Assembly: GCA_039028615.1 (NCBI GenBank) | Contig: JBCCHT010000013.1 | Location: 32,001-96,000, forward strand | Direction of reading: 5' to 3' | DNA: 64,000 bases | From: Myxococcota bacterium | Lineage (GTDB): Bacteria; Myxococcota_A; Polyangia; Nannocystales; Nannocystaceae | Shown here: positions 30,499-40,648 of the stretch, piece after piece | How positions within the stretch are numbered: position 1 is the first letter of the stretch | Layout: every line of letters starts with the position of its first letter | Translations under genes and position numbers: made by a program | Notes under the pieces: generated by a model | Database searches by the model: none | Seen by the model: only the letters and a program-made list of their open reading frames with translations | What the model was told of the DNA's origin: nothing

Positions 30499-32900
30499 GC
30501 GCCCAGAACCATCCAGCCGGCCACGCCGGCGGCAGCGGCCAGCGCCACGACGACGATGGCCACCGAAGAACCGCGACCCTTGCTCGGGGCCGCGTTGGCG
30601 GCGGGGGCCGGGGCCGAGGCGGACGAAGTGCCGCGCTTGGCCTGACGCTCGGCGTCCTCGATGGCGCGCCGATCCTCGCAGGCGACTCGCAGGACGCGGA
30701 TGTCGACCGCCATCAGCTCCTTGTTCGTCTCTTCCTGGCGCAGCAGGTCCACGCTGCGCAGGCGACCGGAGCGGATCATCTTGGCGAGGGACTCCATCCC
30801 GTAGGGCCCGTACTCCTTGCCGTCACGCGTGACGTAGTAGCGATGCTGCTCCGCGTCCTCGGCTTCGCTGCCGTCGGGGTCGACGGGGTCGTCGGAGAAG
30901 CTGCCGAAGAACGTGCCGCTCTCGGTGGGGCCGCTGGCGGGGTCTTGGTCGGCTTCCTCGCCATCGATGGTGGCGAGGCGCTGGGCCGTCTCCTCGAACT
31001 CGCCGACCTCGAGGCCGAGCATGGAGCCGCTGCTGTGGCGCTTGCCTCCGTCTTCCTCCTCGAGCATGTCCTCTTCGAGGAGCTCGGCTTCGTCGTCGTC
31101 CTCGAAGCCGAAGCGGGAGTCACCATCGCCGACGTTCTCGGTGTACTCGTGCAGGGCCGAGTCGGCGTCGACATCCGCGATCCGCCGCGTGGCGCGGTCG
31201 AGCTCGTCCATGTCCCGGCGGGCGGCGTCCGGGTCGGGCGTGTGACCGCCGACGGCCGGGGTGGGGGGCGGCGTGTTTCGAGGTCCGCCGAAGCCGGGGC
31301 CCGCCCCCGGAGGCGCGGTGCCGGGCGAGCCGGGCGAGCCGGGGTAGCCGGTCGGGGGAGCGCCGGGATAGCCGGTGGGAGGCGCCCCCGGGTAGCCGGT
31401 CGGTGGACCTCCGGGGTAGCCGGGAGGCGCTCCTTCGGCGCTGGGATAGCCCGGCGGTGGCGGATAGCCGGGAGGACCCCCGGGATAGCCTGGAGGCGGG
31501 CCTCCCTCGGCGCCGGGGTAGCCCGACGGTGGACCGCCCTCAAAGCCCGCGGGAGGGGCTCCCTCGGGTCCGGGGTAGCCGGGATACCCCGCGAGGGGGC
31601 CTCCTTCGGGCGGCGGATAGCCGGGAGGGGCGCCGGGGTAGCCGGGAGGCGGCGCGCTGCCATAGGGATAGCCAGCGGGCGGATACGGCGGGTAACCGGG
31701 GGGGTAGCCGGGAGGGGCGCCGGGGTAACCGGGAGGGGGAGCCTGTCCCGGGTAGCCCGGAGGCGGAGGGTAGGGAGGGTAGCCGCCCCCTTGCGCCGGC
31801 ATGGCCGGCGGCGTGGTGCCGTAGGCGGGCACGTCGGGCATGGCCCCGGTGAAGTCGGGTGGCGGCGGAATGGCGGCCTCGAGCGAGCCGTGCTCGGGAG
31901 CCTCGGGCAGCTCGACGGGCACGCCTTCGGCCGGCGCGGCCAGGTCTTCCCAGCCCGCGAACTCGTCCTCGGCCGGGGGCGGAGGAGGGGGGGCCGAGGC
32001 GGCCGCGGCCAGACCCGCGCGGAACTCCTCGTCGAGCTGCCCCGGCGGCCGGGTCACGGTGCGGATGCCGACCGAACGCAGCGCGTCTCGGAGCTCGGTC
32101 TTGAAGGCGGTGATGTCGGGATGGCGCTGGTCGGGGTCGGGGTCGGTGGCCTGCTCGAGGCAATCGATGAGCGCCTCGGATCCGGTGAGCCCGAGGTCGC
32201 GCACGGGCTGTCCCGCCTCGACCAGCGATTGCCCCGTGACCAGCTCGATGAACAACGCCGCCACGCCGAAGACATCGGTGGCCATGCTCAGCTGCGGCGG
32301 CGACAGGACCTGCTCGGGCGCGATGTTGGGCAACAAGCCGCCGTAGCGAAAGCGGCTGAACCCCCGCGTACGAGGCAGCGAGCGGCCGATGCCCACGGCG
32401 CCCAGCAGCACGCGCCCCTCGTCGGAGACGTGCACGGTATCGGCGGTGATGTAGCCGTGCACCAGCTGCTCGTGCAGCGCCCCCAGCCCGTTGCAGATGT
32501 GGGCGATGAGCGAGTACGCCCCCTCTTCGTCGAGGTCTTGTCCGCGTTTGCGTCGCTCCCGGGCGAACTCGCGGACGGTGCCGCCCTGGGGCCAGGCCTC
32601 GGCGGTGAACACCTTCACGCCCGCCGTGCCCATGCCGTAGCTGGGCAGCAGGTTGCGATGCTTGGTGTGGCGCCCCAGATCGATGTCTCGCTGAAGCTGA
32701 TGGCGGAGGTCGGGCTGGGCCACCAAAATGGGGTCGAGCACCGTTACGAGCAGCGGGACGTCGTCCTGGCGCGCTTCGTACCAAAAGCCATGGGGGCACT
32801 CGCCGAGCCCGCGCTCGATGATGATCGGCGTGGACTCGCGCACGCCGGGGGCCTGGACCTCATCGGTTTCGAGTGGGGTGCCCCGGGCAAGGATCTCCAC
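30495..32900 (-). CDS. Ser/Thr pseudokinase with Pro-Gly-Tyr repeat region, GYF_2-like domain and C-terminal TM anchor
   Basis: Kinase fold remnants (APE, TDVFG, DPDQR) with degenerate catalytic motifs; YYVTRDGKEYGPY GYF_2-like segment. Confidence 0.75.
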   Translation of the reverse strand: MEILARGTPLETDEVQAPGVRESTPIIIERGLGECPHGFWYEARQDDVPLLVTVLDPILVAQPDLRHQLQRDIDLGRHTKHRNLLPSYGMGTAGVKVFTAEAWPQGGTVREFARERRKRGQDLDEEGAYSLIAHICNGLGALHEQLVHGYITADTVHVSDEGRVLLGAVGIGRSLPRTRGFSRFRYGGLLPNIAPEQVLSPPQLSMATDVFGVAALFIELVTGQSLVEAGQPVRDLGLTGSEALIDCLEQATDPDPDQRHPDITAFKTELRDALRSVGIRTVTRPPGQLDEEFRAGLAAAASAPPPPPPAEDEFAGWEDLAAPAEGVPVELPEAPEHGSLEAAIPPPPDFTGAMPDVPAYGTTPPAMPAQGGGYPPYPPPPGYPGQAPPPGYPGAPPGYPPGYPPYPPAGYPYGSAPPPGYPGAPPGYPPPEGGPLAGYPGYPGPEGAPPAGFEGGPPSGYPGAEGGPPPGYPGGPPGYPPPPGYPSAEGAPPGYPGGPPTGYPGAPPTGYPGAPPTGYPGSPGSPGTAPPGAGPGFGGPRNTPPPTPAVGGHTPDPDAARRDMDELDRATRRIADVDADSALHEYTENVGDGDSRFGFEDDDEAELLEEDMLEEEDGGKRHSSGSMLGLEVGEFEETAQRLATIDGEEADQDPASGPTESGTFFGSFSDDPVDPDGSEAEDAEQHRYYVTRDGKEYGPYGMESLAKMIRSGRLRSVDLLRQEETNKELMAVDIRVLRVACEDRRAIEDAERQAKRGTSSASAPAPAANAAPSKGRGSSVAIVVVALAAAAGVAGWMVLGA
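31320..31800 (-). repeat. Coding low-complexity repeat (PPGYPG/PPTGYPG)
   Basis: More than ten GYP-centred units in the 801-aa protein. Confidence 0.9.
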
Positions 32901-32993
32901 GGCGGCACGATACCAGCTTTGCCCTGACTGCCGAATGGCCCCGGTCGCATGGGCTCCCAGCGGTGACTGGGCGATTGTGCGCCGACGATTGGG

Positions 32994-34391
32994 CTACTGC
33001 GGCTCGTCTTTGCCGAAGGCTTCGTCCACCGACTTCATGTTGCCGTCGTTGCGACCGCCCCGGATGCCCGAGAGCAACGATGCGCTACCGGCCTGCACCT
33101 CGTAGGGCGCCCCTTGGTCGGCGGACAGGGCCACCAGCCAGGGCTCGACGAGATCGCGGACGTCCTTGGTGGTGGCCCGCATCTGGCCCATGGACATGAT
33201 GACCTTCATGCCGAACTTCCGCTCGGGGCGAAGCAACAAGATCTCGTCGTCGCCTCCGTCGGGGCGCATGGCCATGGTGACGCGGGGACAGACGTAGACC
33301 CACTCGTCGGGGGTGGCATCGTCGTAGGCCCGCATCAGCGCGGCGTTGGAGCGCTCATCGGCGAGGATGCCCAGCGCGTGCACGATGGCGCAGCGGACAT
33401 CGAGCGAGGCGGAGGGCAGGCGCTTTTCGAGCACGTCGACCACGACCCGACCCTCGCGCTGGTCTCGGTGCTGCGCGAGAGCCCAGGCGGCGAGGCGCTG
33501 GGTGGGCTCGTCGGCGGCGTGCAGCAGCCCTTCGAGGATGGGCACCGAGCTGGTGACCTGGATCGAGCCCAAGGCGTACAGCAACCGGGGGTCGACCGTC
33601 TCACCCGCGTCGATCTGCGCCTGAATCTCGGTGTGGATGTACGGCGCCATGGGGCGATGCTGGAGCCGGCCCAGGGCCACCAGCGCCTCGCGACGAATCT
33701 CGGGGTTCTCGGAGCGGGCGGCGGCCACCAGAGGCACGACCACCGGGCGCTTGACGGGCAAGTCGTGAAAGCGGCCCAGCGCCCACGCGGCCCAGGGCGC
33801 GGCCGGGCCCTCGCTCTTGAGCGCCGCGGTCAGGGCGGGCAGCACCGGCTTGGCCCGCTGGATGGACAGCTTGGCCACCGCGGACCGCTGGAGCTCGGGG
33901 TCGTCGTAGCGCAGGTCGGCGAGGTTGTTGCCGATGGTGCGCTGGTACGTATCGAAGTCGTCGTTGACGAGGTTGAACAGGAAGTAGGTGACCGCCCCGG
34001 ACAGCACCACCACCATGGGGAAGCGGACGCCGCCGCCCTTGAACGAGGCGACCAGCTCCATGTCGTCGCCGCTGCGCTCGATCTGCTTTTCGGACCTGCC
34101 CTCGAGATAGGTGCGACGGAAGGCGCCGTGGAAGAGCAGTTCGTCGATGAGGAAGGCATCGAACAGCGCGACCACGAACATGGCCGCGTAGTAGCCGAAC
34201 ATCCACAGGCTCTCGGAGCCGGCCTCGACCCGACCCGCCCGCATGGACCGGGCCACGAAGATGGCGACGACGAAGCCGGCCATGTTGGCGAGCAAGGTCA
34301 GCGACACGAGCTTTGCGCGAAGCGCACGTCCCCGCCGGACGGGATTGGAGGCCGCAGGGGCAGGGCGGGGGTCGGACATGGCTCCACTCAT
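32994..34391 (-). CDS. Membrane protein (about 3 TM) with HEAT repeats
   Basis: Hydrophobic N-terminal helices; AAWALG, REALVALG, AAWALA, IVHALG repeats. Confidence 0.75.
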   Translation of the reverse strand: MSGAMSDPRPAPAASNPVRRGRALRAKLVSLTLLANMAGFVVAIFVARSMRAGRVEAGSESLWMFGYYAAMFVVALFDAFLIDELLFHGAFRRTYLEGRSEKQIERSGDDMELVASFKGGGVRFPMVVVLSGAVTYFLFNLVNDDFDTYQRTIGNNLADLRYDDPELQRSAVAKLSIQRAKPVLPALTAALKSEGPAAPWAAWALGRFHDLPVKRPVVVPLVAAARSENPEIRREALVALGRLQHRPMAPYIHTEIQAQIDAGETVDPRLLYALGSIQVTSSVPILEGLLHAADEPTQRLAAWALAQHRDQREGRVVVDVLEKRLPSASLDVRCAIVHALGILADERSNAALMRAYDDATPDEWVYVCPRVTMAMRPDGGDDEILLLRPERKFGMKVIMSMGQMRATTKDVRDLVEPWLVALSADQGAPYEVQAGSASLLSGIRGGRNDGNMKSVDEAFGKDEPQ

Positions 34392-34495
34392 ACCGAAAAA
34401 CCACGACCACTGCGGGGGGCGAGGGTTCCGCGCCGTCCCCGAAACCGCCGATTTCTGGCTTCTCGCGCGCAGGTGTTCCTACGGTGCTCGGCAGC

Positions 34496-36046
34496 ATGCC
34501 CGACGTCTCTGCGCATCCCGGGTCCGAGTCCACTTCCGAAGGCTCCCGCACGGCCACGCCGGACACGGAGGGGCCCCCCGAGGTTTCGATCCCCGTGCAC
34601 GATGCGCCGGAGTCCTCGGTGCGCGGGCAGGGGTTCTTGCGCCGGGTCTGGATCGCGGCCGAGAGCGTGGGCATGGCCAGCGGCATGGCCATGGCGCTGC
34701 TTCTGCTGGCCGATACGCGAGCCGCCGCCCTGGAGGCGCCCACGGTGGTGCCGGGGGTCAAGCTCGCCGGGCAGTCGGTCGGCGGGCTGCAGGCCGAGGC
34801 GCTCAGCGACCAAGCGCACTCGCTCGGGACCGAGGCGCTGGATCGGCCGCTGACGCTGTCGGCGGGCGAGGCTCAGGTGGAGACCTCGGCGCGGGCCCTG
34901 GGGGCCAACCCGGTCGCCGACGCCTCCATCGCCAATGCCCTGGCCGTGGGCCGCAGCGGGGACCCGTGGGTCGACCTGCGCGACCGCGTGCGGGCCTCTC
35001 GAGGAGAGATCGACCTGCCGATCGGCTACCGCTTCGTCGACGGCCCCGCGTTGACCGAGCTTCTGGCCCTGGCGCCCCAGGTGGACCGGCCTTCGCTGCC
35101 TACGCGCATCGATCTGGAGCGGCGCAAGATCGTCCCCGCCAGCACGGGCTCCGCCTTGCTCGCCTTCGACTCGTTGTCCGCCGTCGCCGTCGGCCTGGCC
35201 GAGGGCACCGATCGCATCGACCTGGTGGTGCAAGACAAAGACCCCGCCGAGGACCCGCTGGCCGACCTGGCCGACGAGCTGAACGTCAGCATCGTGCTCG
35301 GCAGCTTCGACACGCCGTACAGCTCCACCGACAACGACCGCACCCACAACCTCAAGGCGGGCGCGGCGGCCATCGACGGCACGGTTCTGCTGCCCGGTGA
35401 GGTGTTTTCCTTCAACGACATCGTGGGTCCCCGCAGCGCCGAAGCGGGCTATCGCTATGCGACCGGCATCGCGGCGGGCCAGCTCGTGGACACCATGGGT
35501 GGCGGCATCTGCCAGGTCAGCTCCACCCTGTTCGGCGCCGGGTTTTTCTCCGGCCTCGAGGTCGTGCGGGCGCGCCCCCACAGCCGCCCCAGCTCCTACG
35601 TCGACATGGGCCTCGACTCCACCGTCGTGTTCCCCGACATCGACATGAAGCTGCGCAACGACTTCGACTTTCCCATCGTGCTGCACATGACGGTCAGCCA
35701 GGGGAAGGTGCGGGCGGAGGTCCTGGGACCGCGGCGCCCCTATCAGGTCGCCTTCGAGCGCGAGCTGACCGAGCGCAAGCCCTACAGCACGGTGTGGCGC
35801 GACGACGACCGCCTGCGCGAGGGCACGGAGACCGTCGCCCAGCGAGGGATGCGGGGCTACACCCTCAAGCGCATCCGAAAGCTCTACCAGGGCGGCGAGG
35901 TCGTGAAGACCGAGGACTGGGACCTGCACTACCCGCCCACCACCGAGATTTTGCGGCGCGGCACCAACCCCGCGGGCGACGTGCCCGAGGCGAAGACGCT
36001 GCCGCCCCTGCGAGACCCGGCGCCCGCCCTCCGCATCGTGCAGTAA
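34496..36046 (+). CDS. VanW family protein with peptidoglycan-binding domain
   Basis: RTHNL, PGEVFSFNDIVGPR, GGGICQVSSTL, PHS..SSYV. Confidence 0.9.
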   Translation: MPDVSAHPGSESTSEGSRTATPDTEGPPEVSIPVHDAPESSVRGQGFLRRVWIAAESVGMASGMAMALLLLADTRAAALEAPTVVPGVKLAGQSVGGLQAEALSDQAHSLGTEALDRPLTLSAGEAQVETSARALGANPVADASIANALAVGRSGDPWVDLRDRVRASRGEIDLPIGYRFVDGPALTELLALAPQVDRPSLPTRIDLERRKIVPASTGSALLAFDSLSAVAVGLAEGTDRIDLVVQDKDPAEDPLADLADELNVSIVLGSFDTPYSSTDNDRTHNLKAGAAAIDGTVLLPGEVFSFNDIVGPRSAEAGYRYATGIAAGQLVDTMGGGICQVSSTLFGAGFFSGLEVVRARPHSRPSSYVDMGLDSTVVFPDIDMKLRNDFDFPIVLHMTVSQGKVRAEVLGPRRPYQVAFERELTERKPYSTVWRDDDRLREGTETVAQRGMRGYTLKRIRKLYQGGEVVKTEDWDLHYPPTTEILRRGTNPAGDVPEAKTLPPLRDPAPALRIVQ

Positions 36047-36122
36047 CGCAGAGGCCCGTTTTTTTGGGGGATCGCCTCCGTTGGCGTATCTCCAAAAGAG
36101 ATCTCCAGAAAGACGAGCAGCC

Positions 36123-36839
36123 ATGCGTGAGATGCATAAATGGAAGGACAAGGTCGAGCTGTCGCTCGACAACCGCCAGATTTTCTTCTTGTTCTTCGGG
36201 CTGTCGGTGGTCGGCTGCTTCGTGTTTGCGCTCGGCGTCATGGTCGGGCGTCGCGTGGAGTGGAATCCCGAGGGGGAGGTCGCCGCCCTGTCCGGCGAAA
36301 AGAGCCTCGCCCTGCTCGGGATGGAGCAGACCCCGGCGGAGCCGCTGAGCTTCAAAGAGGGCCTGAGCGACTCGGCGACCGCCGAGGTTCCGCCGACCCG
36401 TGACCCCTCCGAGCCCCCGCGCGACGAGGACGAGGTCAAGGCCGAGAAGAAGGCCGCCGCCGAGGCAGCCAAGGCCGCGAAGGCCGAGGGCACCGAAGAG
36501 GTGAAGCCCGCGCCCAAGAAGGTGCCGGTCGCCTCGCCCGAGGTGCCGCACGGCGCGACCCTGGCCAGCGGTAGCAACAAGGCCCCCGCCGCGCCCAAGG
36601 CCACGGGCAAGAAGTTCACCCTGCAGATGAAGGCGTTCTCGCGCGGCGAAGAGGCCGAGGCGTTCGCCGCCAAGCTCCGCGCCAACGGACACCAGGTCCG
36701 CGTGGAGGCGCACGAGGTCAAGGGACGCATCTGGCATCGGGTGCGGCTCGGCACCTTCGACACCTGGGCCGATGGGCTCGCCGCGAAGCAGGACTTCGAG
36801 GCGCAGGAGAAGGTCATCGCCTACGTCGTGCGGCACTGA
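36123..36839 (+). CDS. SPOR domain protein (FtsN/DedD-like)
   Basis: N-terminal TM, Ala/Lys/Pro linker, FTLQMKAF...WHRVRLGTF. Confidence 0.85.
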   Translation: MREMHKWKDKVELSLDNRQIFFLFFGLSVVGCFVFALGVMVGRRVEWNPEGEVAALSGEKSLALLGMEQTPAEPLSFKEGLSDSATAEVPPTRDPSEPPRDEDEVKAEKKAAAEAAKAAKAEGTEEVKPAPKKVPVASPEVPHGATLASGSNKAPAAPKATGKKFTLQMKAFSRGEEAEAFAAKLRANGHQVRVEAHEVKGRIWHRVRLGTFDTWADGLAAKQDFEAQEKVIAYVVRH

Positions 36840-36859
36840 GCCGAACGAGACGTTCGCCC

Positions 36860-36894
36860 GAAAGCCCGGCTGGTCGATGACCGCCGGGCTTTTT
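36860..36894 (+). terminator. Intrinsic terminator after SPOR gene
   Basis: AAAGCCCGGC...GCCGGGCTTT stem with T tract. Confidence 0.8.
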
Positions 36895-36896
36895 CA

Positions 36897-38705
36897 TTGG
36901 TTTTACGTGTCACACTGGGGACGTTGGGCGACGGGGACGACGAGCAGGGGGAGGGCCACGAGCCGGTCGAGATCGAGCTCGACGAGGTGGACGGGGTCCT
37001 CGAGCGGGCGCGGCGGGAGCAGTGGCCGTCGCTGACGATGACGGTGGAGACCTGGACCTGGCCTTCGGACGATCACGAGCGGGTCTTCGTCCTTCCGCTG
37101 TCGCTCTCCGCAGAGCAGGTTCGGGCCATCGGGAAGCTGTCGAGCCTCACCTCCCTGAACCTGTGGGGGCACGGCATCACCGACGAGGACGTGGGGACGC
37201 TACGAGGGCTTTCGAATCTCACTTCGCTGAAGCTTCGGCGCAACCAGATCGGGCCCGAGGGGGCCCGGGTGCTGGCGGGGTTTTCGAACCTGACGACCCT
37301 CGAGGTCACGGGCAACCGGCTCGGCGACGAAGGAGTGCGTTCGCTTTGGCCGCTGTCGAAGCTGTCGATGCTGGAGCTGAGCAACAATGGGATCGGAGTC
37401 GAAGGCGTGTGCGCCCTGGCGGAACTGGAGGCACTCACCGAGCTCCATGTCTCCTACAACGAGCTGGGAGACGAGGCCGCTCGAGCGTTGGGAGCGTTGT
37501 CGAACCTCGAGACGTTGGACGCGACGGACAACGGGATCGGAGCCGCGGGGGCGCAAGGGCTGGCGGAACTGTCGAACCTGCGGGCGCTGCACATCAGCTA
37601 CAACGAGGTGGGCGACGAAGGAACCCAGGCGTTGGCGCGGCTTTCCGAATTGCGCACGCTGTACCTCTACAAGAGCAGGATCGGGGACGATGGGGCGCGA
37701 GCGTTGGGCGAGCTGCTGCAGCTGCGCGAGCTGGGTCTGTCCGACAACGGGATCGGAGACGAGGGGGCGCGAGGGCTGGGGGTCCTGTCGAAGCTCGACA
37801 CGCTCTACCTCGATCGCAATCGGGTGCGCGCCGCGGGGGCTCGAGCGCTGGGGCAGCTGTCGAAGCTCGACACGTTGAAGCTGGGGGACAACATCCTCGG
37901 AGACGAAGGCGCGCGAGCGCTGAGTGGGTTGTCGAAGCTCACCGCGCTGCACCTGGACGACAACGGGGTCGGGGACGACGGCGTGCGATGGTGGCGAAAC
38001 CTGTCCGCCCTCCGGACGCTGTACCTCGGCGACAACGCGATCGGAGACGAAGGGGCCCGAGTCTTGGGCACGCTGTCGGAGCTGCGGACCCTGGACCTCA
38101 CGAACAACCGGATCGGCGACGCCGGGGCGCGGGCTTTGGGGGCGCTGCCGAACCTCACCTCGCTGGGGCTGGGCGACAACCAGATTCGAGCCGAAGGGGC
38201 GCGAGCGTTGGCCGGGTTGTCGACGCTGGACACGCTGTATCTCCACTACAACCGGATCGGAGACGAAGGCGCGCGTGCGCTGGGCGGGCTGTCCCAACTC
38301 CGCGATCTGTACCTGGACGGCAACGGAATTGGAGATGAGGGCGCGGCGGCGTTGGGCGGGCTGTCGAAACTCAAGACGCTATTTCTCGCCGACAATGCGA
38401 TCGGAGACGACACGGCGCGGGTGTTGGGCCGGCTTTCCACGCTCACCCAGCTGGAGCTCGGCAACAACCGGGTGGGGGACAAAGGGGCGCGGGCGTTGAG
38501 GACGCTTCACGAGCTCGTCGAGCTGAACCTGTTCAACAACCGGGTCGGGGCCGAAGGCGCGCGGGTGCTGGTGGTCTTGCCCGTGCTCGAGGCGCTGTAC
38601 TTGAGCGGGAACGACGGTCCGGGCCTCCCCGCCCAGGTGCTCGGGGACGAATACGACAACTGTCTGGAAGACCTGCAGGCCTACTTCGCGGGGCTCGACG
38701 AGTGA
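36897..38705 (+). CDS. Leucine-rich repeat protein (20 full 24-aa repeats plus one partial)
   Basis: Consensus LSxLxxLxLxxNxIGDEGARALxx; start codon uncertain. Confidence 0.9.
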   Translation: MVLRVTLGTLGDGDDEQGEGHEPVEIELDEVDGVLERARREQWPSLTMTVETWTWPSDDHERVFVLPLSLSAEQVRAIGKLSSLTSLNLWGHGITDEDVGTLRGLSNLTSLKLRRNQIGPEGARVLAGFSNLTTLEVTGNRLGDEGVRSLWPLSKLSMLELSNNGIGVEGVCALAELEALTELHVSYNELGDEAARALGALSNLETLDATDNGIGAAGAQGLAELSNLRALHISYNEVGDEGTQALARLSELRTLYLYKSRIGDDGARALGELLQLRELGLSDNGIGDEGARGLGVLSKLDTLYLDRNRVRAAGARALGQLSKLDTLKLGDNILGDEGARALSGLSKLTALHLDDNGVGDDGVRWWRNLSALRTLYLGDNAIGDEGARVLGTLSELRTLDLTNNRIGDAGARALGALPNLTSLGLGDNQIRAEGARALAGLSTLDTLYLHYNRIGDEGARALGGLSQLRDLYLDGNGIGDEGAAALGGLSKLKTLFLADNAIGDDTARVLGRLSTLTQLELGNNRVGDKGARALRTLHELVELNLFNNRVGAEGARVLVVLPVLEALYLSGNDGPGLPAQVLGDEYDNCLEDLQAYFAGLDE

Positions 38706-38758
38706 AGGCAAGGGCGGTCCGGCTGTCGTGTCGGTCGTGGTCGCGGTAGCCTGGGTGG

Positions 38759-39529
38759 GTGATTGGCTCGCGCTGGATACCGTGGGTGCTGGGAGCCTCG
38801 CTGTCGGCCTGCGGCGGACGCTCGCCCGACGCCAAGGGTGACGAGCCGCGGCCGCCCCCGAAGTCCGAGTCGCCATCGGCCGACGCCGAGGACTCTTCGG
38901 CGCCCGTACCCTTGCGGGGCCGCATCGAGCTACGCCCCCTGGCCGACGATTCCGAGATTGCGCACCGGATCGCCAAAGGGCCCGTGCCCGATGCCGTGCG
39001 GGCGCGCCTGCTCCCGCGTCCTCGGGTCGACACGGGAGCCGAGGAGGCCGTGTTCGAGGCCGATGAAATCGGCACGCTGCACGAGTGGGCGCGGACCCTC
39101 GAGCACGACCTGCCGCCCGGCTACCGCGTCGCCTACGAGAAGACCGAGCCGGTCGGCCAACCCACGCTCACGCAGCCGATGCACAAGGGGTGGCGCCTGC
39201 ACCTCATCCGCACCGACGACGGCTTTCAGATCCACGATGCCACCGGTCGGGTCCGCCGCTCGAAGTACGGCGGGGCGCCCGAGATGATGGTCGAGCTCAC
39301 CGAGGCGGACGGCAAGCGCCTCGACGAGCTCAGCGGGCGCATGGTGGGGCGCAAGATCGCCATCATGCTCGACCACCAAGTCCTGTCCGCGCCGCAGATG
39401 AACGAGCGCATCAGCGGCGGGAAGTTCGTGGTCACTCTCGGCCACGGGAGCCAGGATGCCCGCGACTTGGTCGCCAAGCTCGCGAAGATCCCGGTGTCCG
39501 AGGTCGTGCTGCCTCCCGCGGACGACTGA
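38759..39529 (+). CDS. Lipoprotein with SecDF P1 head-like domain
   Basis: Lipobox LSAC; VGRKIAIMLDHQVLSAPQMNERISGG. Confidence 0.7.
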   Translation: MIGSRWIPWVLGASLSACGGRSPDAKGDEPRPPPKSESPSADAEDSSAPVPLRGRIELRPLADDSEIAHRIAKGPVPDAVRARLLPRPRVDTGAEEAVFEADEIGTLHEWARTLEHDLPPGYRVAYEKTEPVGQPTLTQPMHKGWRLHLIRTDDGFQIHDATGRVRRSKYGGAPEMMVELTEADGKRLDELSGRMVGRKIAIMLDHQVLSAPQMNERISGGKFVVTLGHGSQDARDLVAKLAKIPVSEVVLPPADD

Positions 39530-39592
39530 GGCCGTGCTCGGCCCTCGCCGCCCGCCTGGACAACCCGGGGCGCAGGCGCGACGCTGCACCGC

Positions 39593-40648
39593 ATGGCCGA
39601 CTCGTCCCGTACCGCCCAGCCCGGAGACCTCGTCTGCGTCACCGGAGCGTCTGGTTTCATCGCCAGCCACATCGTGGCCGAGCTTCTGCGGCAGGGCTAT
39701 CGCGTGCGGGGCACGGTGCGGAACCCCAGCGACGAGGCCAAGACGGCGCACCTGCGGGCGATCGAGACGGAGACGGGCGGACAGCTCGAGCTGGTGGCGG
39801 GTGACCTCATGCAGCCGGGGGCGTTCGACGAGGCGGTCGCCGGCTGTCCCTTCGTCTGCCACACCGCCTCCAGCGTGCGCCTGGCCGCCGACGACCCGCA
39901 GCGCGAGATCGTGGACGTGGCCGTGCAAGGCACGCTCAACGTGCTCGGCTCGGTCGCCAAGGCGGGGGAGGCCCATCGGGTGGTGGTGACCTCCTCGGTC
40001 GCGGCCATCATCGACGAAGAGGTCCAGGACGAGGTCTACTTCACCGAGGAGCACTGGAACGAGTCGGCGCGGGTCGACGTCAATCCCTATCCGCTCTCGA
40101 AGACCGAGGCCGAGCGCGCGGCGTGGACGTTCGTGGACGAGCAGCCCGCCGACCATCGCTTCGAGCTGGTCACCATCAACCCCAGCTGGGTCTTGGGCCC
40201 CGTGCTGGCCAAGGTGCATGGACGCTCGAGCCCGGCGGTGATGCGCGACCTGCTGACGGGCAAGTTCCCCATGACGCCCAAGCTGGCGTTCAACTTGGTC
40301 GACGTTCGAGATGTGGCGCTGGCCCACGTGCGGGCCCTGCAGCGACCGGACGCCGCGGGACGCTTCATCATCAACAACCAGCGCAAGATCCTGCCGGAGC
40401 TGTCTGCGATGCTCCGCGAGGACTTCCCCGGCAAGAAGGTCCCGCGCTTCGCCATGCCCAACCCGCTGATGTACGTGGTAGCGCTGTTCGACAAGCGCAT
40501 CACCTGGTCGTTCTTGCGCAAGAACCTCGACGCGGTCACCCGGCTCGACAACGGTAAGTCGCTCAAGGTGCTGGGCATCGACTACCGCCCCGTGCGCGAG
40601 ACCGTGCGCGACACGGGGCAGGCGTTCATCGACCTCGGCGAGGCCTGA
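39593..40648 (+). CDS. NAD(P)-dependent epimerase/dehydratase (dihydroflavonol-reductase/aldehyde-reductase-like)
   Basis: VTGASGFIASH, HTAS, VVTSS, YPLSK, VDVRDVA. Confidence 0.9.
   Translation: MADSSRTAQPGDLVCVTGASGFIASHIVAELLRQGYRVRGTVRNPSDEAKTAHLRAIETETGGQLELVAGDLMQPGAFDEAVAGCPFVCHTASSVRLAADDPQREIVDVAVQGTLNVLGSVAKAGEAHRVVVTSSVAAIIDEEVQDEVYFTEEHWNESARVDVNPYPLSKTEAERAAWTFVDEQPADHRFELVTINPSWVLGPVLAKVHGRSSPAVMRDLLTGKFPMTPKLAFNLVDVRDVALAHVRALQRPDAAGRFIINNQRKILPELSAMLREDFPGKKVPRFAMPNPLMYVVALFDKRITWSFLRKNLDAVTRLDNGKSLKVLGIDYRPVRETVRDTGQAFIDLGEA

Noticed and set aside
34496..36046. VanW as evidence of a vancomycin resistance cluster
   Set aside because: No vanHAX/vanRS genes nearby; VanW-domain proteins are widespread cell-envelope proteins.
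37137..38612. 72-bp DNA periodicity as a non-coding repeat or DGR
   Set aside because: Explained by LRR coding repeats; no reverse transcriptase or template/variable repeat pair was seen.
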